A stretch of 63,990 bases of DNA, filler included, from Lenisia limosa (lineage: Eukaryota; Protista; Breviatea), in assembly GCA_001655205.1 (NCBI GenBank). It is 17 parts of 17 records of this genome, joined end to end, with 100 filler letters (N's around TTAATTAATTAA, not from the genome) between each part and the next. Parts side by side here need not be neighbours in the genome. Positions count along the whole stretch, not along the records: positions 12,425 to 15,463 come from LPNZ01010641.1; positions 15,564 to 25,695 come from LPNZ01005561.1; 15 more parts are not named here. One strand, written 5' to 3'. Numbering within the stretch: position 1 is the stretch's first letter; each line of letters begins with the position of its first letter. Below the pieces are notes generated by a model. That model did no database searches and had not been told where the DNA came from. It saw nothing but the letters and a program-made list of their open reading frames with translations. The translations under genes and the position numbers were made by a program. Positions 12,547-23,200 of this stretch are shown in pieces.

Positions 12547-15415
12547 CTGCAAATGTGTCTGCAGCCACCTTCCAGCCTGTCCTGAGGGGTCGATGATGAG
12601 GGGTACACGACCGGTTTGAGAAAGCTGCGTAGGGGATGGTAAAATAGCAGGTTCTTACATAGGAAATACCACACATAGAGATATTGGATTATAGTATCAT
12701 ATTAATTCACCCAATCGTTTGCCCCAAATCCTCTTATTCTCAATGTAGCGTCATCATAAAATCCCCCTTACGGAGCCGTCTTCAGCCTCGGTCAGGCCGC
12801 TCGTAATACAAAGCGCATTTTCCAGGGATAAATCGTCACCAGAAAGGCCCTCGGACTGAAAAGTTAGAAATACACAATATTAAAGGTCTCCGTGCAATTA
12901 ATAAATTTGAAGTGGTCCATATTGTAGCCAGAACTCCTTTTCCCTTCTATTTCAAATTCTTTTTATACCCCCCCCCCCCCNNNNNNNNNNNNNNNNNNNN
13001 NNNNNNNNNNNNNNNNNNNNNNNNNNNNNNNNNNNNNNNNNNNNNNNNNNNNNNNNNNNNNNNNNNGGAAATTGAAGTTGTCTTGGCCACATGCCTAATA
13101 TAGTAAGTTGAGAACAAAAAAGCTGCCTAATATAGTCTAGAATTGCTCTAATATTGTTTGAAAAATAGGAGTAATAATAAACCAATAGAGGAATTCGAAT
13201 CCTAATAATAATATGACATATTGTATCTAATATGCATCAACATCAATATCATAATAAGTATGTCATATGATGTGAAACTGCCAAATATAGAAATAGTGAA
13301 GTAAAACAACATATTTGTAAACTATCTTATATAGGGAGCTATATCATGTAATATGACACATTATATGTATGAACTGCCAAATAGGGAACTAATTGCACTG
13401 AACTTACCTGTTTCCACTCCTGGGTGATCTCCATTCGCTGCTTCTCCGGCTTTCTGAAAGGTCATCCATATTAGTTATCATATGTATAAAACATAGAGAT
13501 GAGAGATAAACAAAACATGTTGTCTAAGCCGTCCATACCATCACGCTTATAAGAGNNNNNNNNNNNNNNNNNNNNNNNNNNNNNNNNNNNNNNNNNNNNN
13601 NNNNNNNNNNNNNNNNNNNNNNNNNNNNNNNNNNNNNNNNNNNNNNNNNNNNNNNNNNNNNNNNNNNNNNNNNNAGAACACCCATTTTAGACATGTCATC
13701 GGGACCCTCAAGGCAATTTCTCATCAAAACTATTGCTTTTAAGCGTTTTTAACCCATTATCAAGCATTTTAAACACCTTGTTAAGTGTTTTAAACTCGTT
13801 TTTTAAGACTTAAGTTTCTTAACTCAAGTACCCCCCACTCCGGAAGGTAGGTCTGGAACGCGGCCGCCATGAGAGCGGTGCCTGCCAGTGAGGATTCAGA
13901 GGTCATGAGAGACTTGGCTTGGTCGTCCCACCTGGCTCGTTCATTGGANNNNNNNNNNNNNNNNNNNNNNNNNNNNNNNNNNNNNNNNNNNNNNNNNNNN
14001 NNNNNNNNNNNNNNNNNNNNNNNNNNNNNNNNNNNNNNNNNNNNNNNNNNNNNNNNNNNNNNNNNNNNNNNNNNNNNNNNNNNNNNNNNNNNNNNNNNNN
14101 NNNNNNNNNNNNNNNNNNNNNNNNNNNNNCTGACCTTGAGCACGGTCCTTGACTTCGACCACTTTCTCCAATGAAACCTTGAGCTGCTCTGCCTCGCGCG
14201 TTCGACTTGAGAATTCCTAGGAAGTTTAACTCGGAAATATCAAGGACATTCGACTCAATTTCTAGTCATGACATCAGATATTATCATGACTCAAAAAAAA
14301 GACTGATTTCTCGACAAATCCTCGAAAACTGTCGAGATTTTACCGGTCTTTTTCAGACCGTAGGGAAGCCCTAATCATAACACCCCCCCACCTCCTTCAG
14401 CCCCGCAACGGTTGAATCCACCTTCTCCAGCCCGGCCTGAAGTTTCGCAATTTTGCTTCGAGATTTATCGAGTTTTTTCGTGAGTTTGCTGATCTCGGTT
14501 TCCAGTGGTTCGACCTGTGAGGGGGGAGGGGATGTGAAGGAAATCGATGAAGAATACTGGCATAAAGGTACAAATCACGAACAGAATAATCTGATTTTTT
14601 TTAAAATAAAACGAGGGGGGAAGCAAAAAAAAAGAGGGGAGGGGTATAATTGAATAATTTATGAAACAAAAAAAAAAAGAAGTCCAAATCCACCTGTCAT
14701 GATTTTCATCCTTATCATCATAGTTACTCCCCCCCCCACCACCTTCTGCAAAACATCGCTGTATTGGATATTGGCGGCGAACCAGGCAGCCAAGGGCGCT
14801 GCTGCTACTGAAACTCGGCTGCAAGGAATGGTTAATTACCCCGTTTGCCCCCTTGGATTGCCCAAAGGACGTGTAAGAAATATGATTATATGACGATGAC
14901 ATGTGGGGACCACCATACCCGATTGTTTTTTGGTTGAAACTAGTTGCTTTCTTCTTGAGTAGTTTCTTACAGTCTGCCTTGACCTCCTGGTCTATGCAAC
15001 GTGCATCAAAATGCAGTACTTGCTCCTTCACTCCTCTGGTGGGTGGGTAAAATTACCAGGCCATTAAATAGGAATTATGGCAAGGACATGTATGAAGAGG
15101 GTGAGAGAGGGGATGCGTGACTCTCAGCATACGATTCTTTTTTTTGCAGTAAAGTTTCTATTGAAATAAGGATCATGGAGATCCAGCGGTTGAATGGTGC
15201 ACAAAGAAATACACCGGGAAATCATAGAGCAAATCGGTCAAGACTTATCCCGGTCACTGTGTCAGGGAACACTAATAGTTTCATACAGACTTATTCACCT
15301 CCACCAACAATTTACTAATTGCTAAAAATGCCCCATCATAGTCCCCACCTTTGACCAAGGAATTTCTTCATACTGTTCCAACTCGTGTCATAAATGCCCA
15401 TTAGACGCAGGACTC
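12547..15415 (-). CDS. DYNC2H1: Cytoplasmic dynein 2 (IFT dynein) heavy chain, internal fragment (stalk to AAA5)
   Basis: Exons in the expected order: GVLRLMGIYDTSWNSMKKFLGQR; GVKEQVLHFDARCID; RVSVAAAPLAAWFAANIQYSDVLQK|VEPLETE; SRTREAEQLK; ERARWDDQ...ALMAAAFQTYL; SEGLSGDDLSLENAL; LIIDPSGQAGRWLQTHLQ. The last two fit dynein-2 better than other dyneins. Confidence 0.9.
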
Positions 15416-15629
15416 CTGAGGGGGGGTAAAACGAAGGGAATTTATGAAACAAAAAGCCCAAAANNNNNNNNNNNNNNNNNNNNNNNNNNNNNNNNNNNNN
15501 NNNNNNNTTAATTAATTAANNNNNNNNNNNNNNNNNNNNNNNNNNNNNNNNNNNNNNNNNNNNATGCCCTCTATATAAAAAGATAAAAGTCACACTAATA
15601 GTGCCCACTCCCCTATACGTACGGGCGAG

Positions 15630-16805
15630 GTGGCCGCTCTTTCACGAAACTTCGTGAGAAGCGTTTCGCACGCCTGACTCAACAGCCATCTGACCTCCTC
15701 CAACACAGAATTGGATGAAAAAGCCCAAACGACATAGAAGATTATGAACATTCTTGCAAAATTGCACGACCAACGATTAATCGAATACTCAGTATTTACA
15801 AGGCTATCTCTACCATATTGATACCAAGCACGATAGTATCGAGTGACCCTAGAGCCGACCGGACCGCTGCCTCGCGGGCGTTGTCAGCCGTAGGCACTAC
15901 GAGATTCTTCAGGTCGTTTTTGGCCGAATCTGGGCAGCCTCCTTGAAATAAACTGTAAATACTGGACACAAATGCTTTGAATTTGTCAGGCAAAACCTGA
16001 GTATTCAGAGTCGGTGCCTGTAAAACAGTTTTCAACTCCACATGACATCTTTTGACAGACTGTACAAGCTTTTGATTAGCGTCCTTGTCTGCCAAGGTTA
16101 GTAGTTCCTGTGGTGCTGTGGGAATCGTCAACGAACCATTGCCTACCACACCGGATGGGGCTCAAGGGCCTTCCCCAGCGCGAGGACTCAGATTGTACTG
16201 GCGGTTCAGATCAACGATGGTATTTCGAAGCTCCTCGACCTCCTGTCTCAGCCCCAGGTTCTCATATTCCAACTGGTCCAGACGCTGGCCTTTTTCGCTG
16301 AAGACGCCTTCTCCGTTTTCAAAAGTCCAGCGTAGGTATTCCTCACACCAACTGCCTTGGAAGCCAGCTTCTTCATTTCCGAAGGAATTGATAACTCAGT
16401 AGTCTCTGAGGCTGCAACCCTTTTAGCCGAAGCCTCAGTGGTTGCTGCCTCTTCTTCCACCTCCTCATCCACGGCGATTGGCTCATCGTCAAACAAGGCT
16501 TCTGATTCCACAATCGAAACTTCAGAGTCCTCCAAAGCCTGTTGGGCCTCGGAATCCTCAACGTCGCCCATGGAATTGGCCTTAGCCTCCTCCAACTCTG
16601 TCTCTTCGAACACCTCAATGACCTGCATCACTTCTTGGCGAACGTTCTCTTCATCCAACGAAGCATCCATAGCCATCCAAAGCTTCACGTTATCGTCGGT
16701 AAGGTGCGCGACCAGTGCAGCCTCTAGGTAGGAGGAATGTTTTGTCTTTGGCAAAACTGGATCAGAGTGGGTCTCTGACAAGGTAGTTGAATCTTCCTCT
16801 ACCAT
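15630..16805 (-). pseudogene. Degenerate acidic/coiled-coil ORF flanking the tyrosine recombinase locus
   Basis: ORF 16248-16805 shifts near 16400 into a frame reading GSWCEEYLRWTFENGEGVFSEKGQRLDQLEYENLGLRQEVEELR, then hits an in-frame TGA before continuing as ORF 15796-16149. Confidence 0.45.
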
Positions 16806-16973
16806 CTTTGGACGCGGGCGCCAGGGCCAATGTTACTCTATGATCGGGCTGTAAATGTTAGAAACTACCGTTGAATCGGTTCTCCTCAATCAAATCCTCA
16901 CAAAACCTTGACCCAATACTCCTTTCGAGGCGAACTCCGTCCACGGCGAACGACTCATCAGGAACAGCTGCCT

Positions 16974-17193
16974 TTGTTCAAGATAAGGTTAGTCTCTTGA
17001 TGTTATCTCAAGACGTAAAAGACTCAGGAAATCGGTTGCAACCCTCCTTTTTTTATCTCCTCCAACATAAAACAATGTCTACACACTGTGAGAACACCCG
17101 AAACTACAAACCCGAAAGGAGGAGGGTTGCGACCAATTTCCTGAGTCTTTAAGTCTTGAGATAACATCAAGAGACTAACCTTATCTTGAACAA
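16974..17193. repeat. ~74-bp near-perfect inverted repeat with 71-bp spacer
   Basis: Arm 16974-17048 is the reverse complement of arm 17120-17193 with about 4 differences. Confidence 0.9.
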
Positions 17194-17749
17194 TGGCGGC
17201 GGCACAAACACGTCATCACGTGTCCCAGAAGGATCTTGATGCATCTTGAAGTACTTGGCCATTCATATGTATTATCGTCACTCAAGCGAAAACACCCAGC
17301 AACCTTCAACAGAATATCTCGGGGATCAGTCGAGTTCAACAACATCATTGAGCACAAAGAAGAATGCGACAACCATATAACACATCCGTTTGTATCCGTA
17401 CTCTTTCAAAATTGTCTAGGATAATCTTCGAACTCATGGGATTGTTGAATTCAATATACAGTAATACTCGGGAATATCCTATCACTATATCCTACTTCAC
17501 CACCAATTGCCCTATGGGAGGGGAGCAAAAGTATGGAAGGACAAGCAAAATCAGATAATAATACAAGAAGATATGTGCTTTCTTCATAGATATCATATCA
17601 TGTTAAATAATAATATATTCTCCAATGTATAAGATTACTTTGTCAGATATTTTCAAAAGTGGTGAAATAATATTTTCACGTGGTGCTATGATGCATAAAG
17701 TTTATGTATATGCTACCGCGCAGAATTCCCGTAAATCATCCGTACTTCC

Positions 17750-17876
17750 GTAAATTATTATTTTTTCCACTTAAACCTGGGTATCTCAACAAAATTTAAA
17801 CCAAAAACTACATATTACATACAATAAAATTATAAAAACAAGTTTAAAAAATGTCTCAGCAAGGCTTTTATAGAAA
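17750..17876 (+). repeat. Copy of the ~125-bp repeat at 611-734, just upstream of the YR exons
   Basis: Visual alignment; contains ATGTCTCAGCAAGG at 17851. Confidence 0.85.
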
Positions 17877-18059
17877 GGCTTACTTGGCTTAGTGAAGATG
17901 TCCTTCACTTTTTGATGCTCGCCTTCCGGCCCTTCTCCATGGCTAAATGACTCAGACATTTTCATGATTAACAATCAGAGCGTTCACGTGTAACTTTGTT
18001 ATCGCCGAACTTTCACTTCTTGTCACCTTTTTAGGTTGAGGATCAGCCCTGAGACCGGC

Positions 18060-19950
18060 AGCTCCGAGAGTCTTACTGCAGAAACGTCCAAAATGGGAAT
18101 AGCGTTTCAATCTAAAGGGACTCATAAGGTTGGTGGTTATTTGAATGCTCTATTTGATACGTTTGATGATTAACTTGTTAGATCACCATGACTTTTGTTA
18201 GTGAGTTTGCAGCCTATCTCAAGAAAGTATTACGCCAAAAGAAATTTGAAACAGATTTTTAGCCAAGTGGGTTGGGTGTTTAGTGTTATTAGGAAAGGGG
18301 GCTACGGAAGTAGTCGTCGTTATGCTTTAAACCAACTGCTTTTATTCCTTCAGATGGCTTCATGAGCAAGAAGAAGCGCATCCTGGACAAGCTGTGGACT
18401 TCTTCTTCAAGTATATCAAGGAAAAGTCCAAGTCTGGAAAGTTGACGTTGAGATTTCAACGTTTCTGTTTGAATCCTTGTTATGAATAACTGACCTGATT
18501 TTAGAAAAAGACCATTGGTTCCCGCCGCTCCTCCTGCCAGCGCTTTCTTGGTGCTGCCGGTTTTGACACACTTAAGGTGAAGGCTTCCCTTGGCAACCCA
18601 TCCAACCAGGACAAGTTCATTATCATGCAGGCGAAGGAGACTGCTGCAAGAGTAGGCTTATTTGTTTTTATGATGTTGGGCCTTTTGTTTTCAGTTGGAT
18701 GTTAACCCATATGCACAAGATCATATAGCCGACTTATGAGTCGAAATAATGAAAGAAGGTACGAAGGTTCATCCCGTGTGTATCAAAGTATCATTAAAAC
18801 TTGTCGGAGTGGATATGAGGTATCATATCACTGCGTGGACAATGATAGTTCACGTGAAAAAGATCCAACAAATGATATGAGTGTGAGTGTATTTTGACTG
18901 CTATCAGAATGAACAAGCCAAGCTCGATGAAGTCTTTGAGAGCCGCCAATACAGTGAAGGTATGTACCCGAGTAAACTTAACCTTTTCATTCCTCAAAGT
19001 CAGAACCGATAGGACCAATGTGGAGTCATCGTTTTCTTCTGTTTTGTCTAGTTTTGAAGGTCAGAAATGGCGGTGCAGGACTCTCCTTCCCGGTCATTTG
19101 TGGCTTGCCGTCGCGGCGATCGACCAACTTCCCTCCATCAGATTCCGCTCCTCCGCAGTCAATGACCTGGCCCGGGCGTACTTCAAGGTATTTGGGCTAT
19201 CAGGTTGATCTTCATTCCATAAGAGTTACAACCTCAAGGCCACTTTAGCCCTCAAATTTCAATATAATAGAGCTTTTAATAATTTTGTCATGAAATATTC
19301 TTCACAATGATGTCACTCCTATTCCGTACGTCCAAAAAAGTTTACCTTTGCTGTGGAAAAGCGTATTGTAATTATATTTTTTTTCAAGGCGCTCAACCTA
19401 CTGATGTCCGACCTTGGAATTCGTATCTCATGTGCCATCAGCATTCAGCTCTCGTGGTTGAATGTGTCCGAGAATTCCATTTCCCTCTCCATCACATGGG
19501 GTCCCCACCTCATGAACCATGGAAAGAATGCCAATAAAGCTCGTGAGTGGTGATTTTTGCTATTTAATAAATATCAAACAATTACTACCTCCTCCAAAGG
19601 TATCCTTTTTTTTTGAAAAAGTGGTGATGATTTCCTTGTCCCCATACCCCCTCTAGACAACACATCAACCTTTCTGGAACTAAGAAAGGCCGACCACCAC
19701 GGTGGAGAGAACGGGAAGATCTCCGGCTACCTCTTTCCGGAGCTCGTCAATGGACGGACACGCCCCAGCCTCCATCTCCAACTTGGAAACGTGGATGGCA
19801 CGGGTGTGGAAGTCCGTGCCAGGCTTCGAGGACGTTACCTTCCACTCCACCCAGAAAGGCGCCACCTTTGCCAACATGTGTGAAGGCCTCTCCAATGAGG
19901 ACATTGAGCAGTGGGGGGGGGTTACAATTGGATGTTTTTCCTTCTAAATT
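18060..19950 (+). mobile_element. Degenerate intron-containing tyrosine recombinase (Crypton-like)
   Basis: Spliced AVNDLARAYFK|ALNLLMSDLGIRISCAISIQLSWL matches YR box A (Arg codon 19422-19424). It is followed by HGKNANK, GYLFP and TFHSTQKGATFANMCEGLSNEDIEQWGG (box B with HxxR changed to HxxQ, 19843-19854). There is an in-frame stop near 18259 and a frameshift near 19750; the catalytic Tyr was not found. Confidence 0.65.
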
Positions 19951-20446
19951 TATTGAGCAATACAATTCAAGTGTGTAACTTGAAATAACGATAATTCTTC
20001 AAAACCACCATTTAGAGGGTGGGGGGGATCAATTTATTCAACATCTAATTCAATGTCAAGAAAATTGGTATTACATTTATCTTTTCTTTGTTGTTGTACT
20101 TAAAAAGTAGACTTAGTTTTCCGTAATGTCCGTCCTATTAAGATATAATAGTGTTTATTAAGAGCATTATTAATAAATATAGTGCTTGAAAATAGTGTTT
20201 TCATTATCAAGATCACTACTTCTAAGTAATCATAATTCATAATCATTAATGGCACTAAAAATAATTATTGTTTTGTTAGTGCCCTTCTAAAAATAAATCT
20301 CACTATAATAATAATAAAACTAATAACAACTATTAATATATATCTTAATAGTGCTATATTATGATTTGTATTCCCAACTGTGATTTGATTGTCATCTTGT
20401 TCTGTTATTTTTAGCCAGTATTTAACTTCAAATATTTACATTCTCA

Positions 20447-21230
20447 TGGATTCAGTCTCCAAGGCTGGCTCAGCTCAAACGGGGTCATGTTCGAACCTAT
20501 TTCCAGCCCTCCCTCAATGACCTCACCCTTGGATTGCCAATCCACCTCTCGCTGGTAAACAACTCCGTCTCTCTGCCAGAGTTCCCCTCTGTTGATGCCG
20601 CTTTCGTCGAGGTCAGCCCTTCATCCCCACTTCCCCCATCCGATGAGTTCTTCAAGGCGCACCCGATCCCCCTCATCCCCATCGCGAAGGACTACCTTGG
20701 GCCCGCTGAGGGCATTGAGGTTCCTGAGCCCCCTATTTTGTCAAGTTCTACATCATCACCGGCCCTGTATGAGTGTCCTGCCTTTACCCCTTCCAACACT
20801 GACGTACCTCCTTTTCAAACCAGCTCTTCTCCGCCAAGGCCTTAGATGACTGACTCTCCAAATGTGGTAATTGTTGGTCACTTAGGTTCTTATGAGAAGT
20901 GGACTTCTTCCCAAAAGAAGCAGTTTCGGTGTTTCAAGAGGGTTCAGGAGGGAGTCGACGTCCTCGGCCGCGCACATTTCCCGGAGGATATTGGTTATAG
21001 CTCTCTGGAGAAGATTATAAGGAGGGAGACATTCCGCGATGAAAGTGGGCTGCTTTGCGGCAAGAGTGGAGTTCGGCTGAAGTTCACGCCAAAGGTTGAA
21101 CTCACCATGAGGCCAAGTTTCAATGCCACCCCAGTATCACCATGAGCGCATCTCAGCTGGAAGAGATTGTTGATAAGGCTGCGAAGAAAAGTGTCGAAGG
21201 TTAGTGAGTTGCTCAATTGTCATAAATACG
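20447..21230 (+). pseudogene. Degenerate Pro/Ser-rich ORF downstream of the YR
   Basis: One frame runs across ORFs 20534-20845 and 20846-21145, broken only by TAG and TGA, then shifts into MSASQLEEIVDKAAKKSVE before a GTTAGT donor. Confidence 0.45.
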
Positions 21231-22172
21231 TCATATGCTGTGTCCATCTATTGGTTTAACTTTTTTAGAAGCTGTCCGACTCTTCCGCATGAGTATCTGA
21301 TTGATGTGTGTATCGAAAAACACAAAATGTATCACTCACACTGCTTTTTTTGTTCATTTTTCCTTTGTATCAAATAGTTCAATAAATGAGGTTTATATTC
21401 GTTTTACATACAACACAATAAAAACAATCTGTAGGCCNNNNNNNNNNNNNNNNNNNNNNNNNNNNNNNNNNNNNNNNNNNNNNNNNNNNNNNNNNNNNNN
21501 NNNNNNNNNNNNNNNNNNNNNNNNNNNNNNNNNNNNNNNNNNNNNNNNNNNAATGGTCATTATATCAGTTTGAAGAAAAAGTGAAAGGGGAAAAGATAGC
21601 AGCACAGAATATTAGTGAAATACAACTTTTCAACGAAACTTATAATTACTATAAGCAAAGGGGCGGGAAGGGACGCAATCCTTGTAACAATCACTGCTTT
21701 TGAAAGAGCCACTAGCACCCACAATACCGTCTCTAACGCCCTTGTTTTCTTACTTTTTATCAGTGGCCAAAGGAATGTCTTACTGCCGCTTGAATGAGCC
21801 AATCTCCAAAAAATGGTTTTGAAAGCTGCTCGGGAAGTTTTTTATCAATTCTCAAGTTTTTTCTCTCTCATTTTCCCCTCTCTTCTCTTATTCTTTATGT
21901 GGCAATGAAGATTTCTATTTTTTCACTTTACAAACTTTGATATCGAATGAATACAGCGCGTATGTAATATACTATTTGACTTTGATTGAATGATAAACTA
22001 AAGAAAGATTGGGGTTGGATTGGGGGACAATGGAAAGAGGCAAGTTGGAGTAGTGGTTGGGTTGGGTATACACAATTGCTACGCACAAACGATATAACAA
22101 ATTAAAAACAAAGCTGCAACAAAAGAGAAGAAGAAAATAAGTGAAAAAAAAGAAAAAAGTAAAAAATAAAGA

Positions 22173-23200
22173 TCAGGCCAAGATTGGACGAAGATCGTGG
22201 AGATCCGGGGAGGAAAAAATCCTGGGTATGCTGGAATTTGTTGTAGAAGGAGAAGTTGAGCTGTTTGCTGTCTCAAAAAGGTCACTGTTTATGCCAACAA
22301 CCGATGAGTTGGAGGAAAATCCTGATTTGTTGTCACAGCGAATAAAGCTGGAGCTTAGAGGTGAGACTACTTCATTTAATTGTGGCATCCTTGTTCCAAA
22401 TATCTCATCAAGCCAGTTGTCAACGACCAAGTGAAGGCAATATTTTGTCAAGATTAATGGATGTTCAGAAGAATCAAGCCGTTTCTTACGTGCATACGTG
22501 AACACAAGCACCAGCGGCTATTCCTCATGTAGTACGCCTTCAACCTTAAGGGTCAAGGAGTGGCCAGCAATGTAAGTGAATATTTCTTTTTGTGACTATT
22601 AAGCTGATTGAATCGCTGTCCAAAACCGGTATGACTATGACGTCTGGCCACATCAACAAAACCTGTATTGTCCGCCTTAAGACCGGAGCTGACGCAGAGA
22701 AAAGAAAGGAGAAAGAGAAGAAAATGAAGAAAAGAGAAAACGAAAGAAAAGGAAGGAAAGGGAGTCGCGCCTCCAGCCAGGGCAAGAAGGAGTTCCCAGC
22801 GAACAATGGTTTCTGTAGCGGAGCACAACATCTCAAATTTGTTTCGTTTTTATTTATTTTTCTTGTATCTGTTTCTTGTATATATCCCTCTAATTATGTT
22901 GCCCAAATGTGTATCGGAACCCCAGGTTCTTGGGAAAATTATTCTTCCCAGATATTTTGATACATTTCAAGTTCAAGTTCAAGTTCAAGTTCAAGTTGTT
23001 GGCTAGAAGGCGTAAAAATGAGATGAAGAAGAGAGTTCCAACCGATACAGTTAATAGTAAGTGGGCGATGCGAAATATTTCCTGTAATGTTCTAGCCTCT
23101 TCAGAAGGCCGACCACCAAAGCAGTCTGAAGAGGATCACCTGAGTTGCCAGGAAGATGTCAAGTTCCAAAATGAAGTCTGATTCAAATTGCATATTTACC
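22173..23200 (-). CDS. Putative multi-exon gene with Ser-rich C-terminus, unknown
   Basis: Terminal ORF VDNWLDEIFGTRMPQLNEVVSPLSSS...HDLRPILA* plus upstream exon-like segments. Confidence 0.3.
22966..22995. repeat. (TTCAAG)5 microsatellite
   Basis: Directly visible. Confidence 0.95.

Noticed and set aside
13524-13545. 5S rRNA-like start (GCCGTCCATACCATC) in the hairpin repeat family
   Set aside because: Similarity is limited to about 10 nt, with no 5S internal promoter boxes or 3' half.
15630-21230. Stop-codon reassignment suggested by in-frame TAG/TGA/TAA
   Set aside because: RPS6, RPL22 and the TBL2-like gene end in TAA and their conserved exons have no internal stops. The clearest in-frame stops co-occur with frameshifts in decayed elements.
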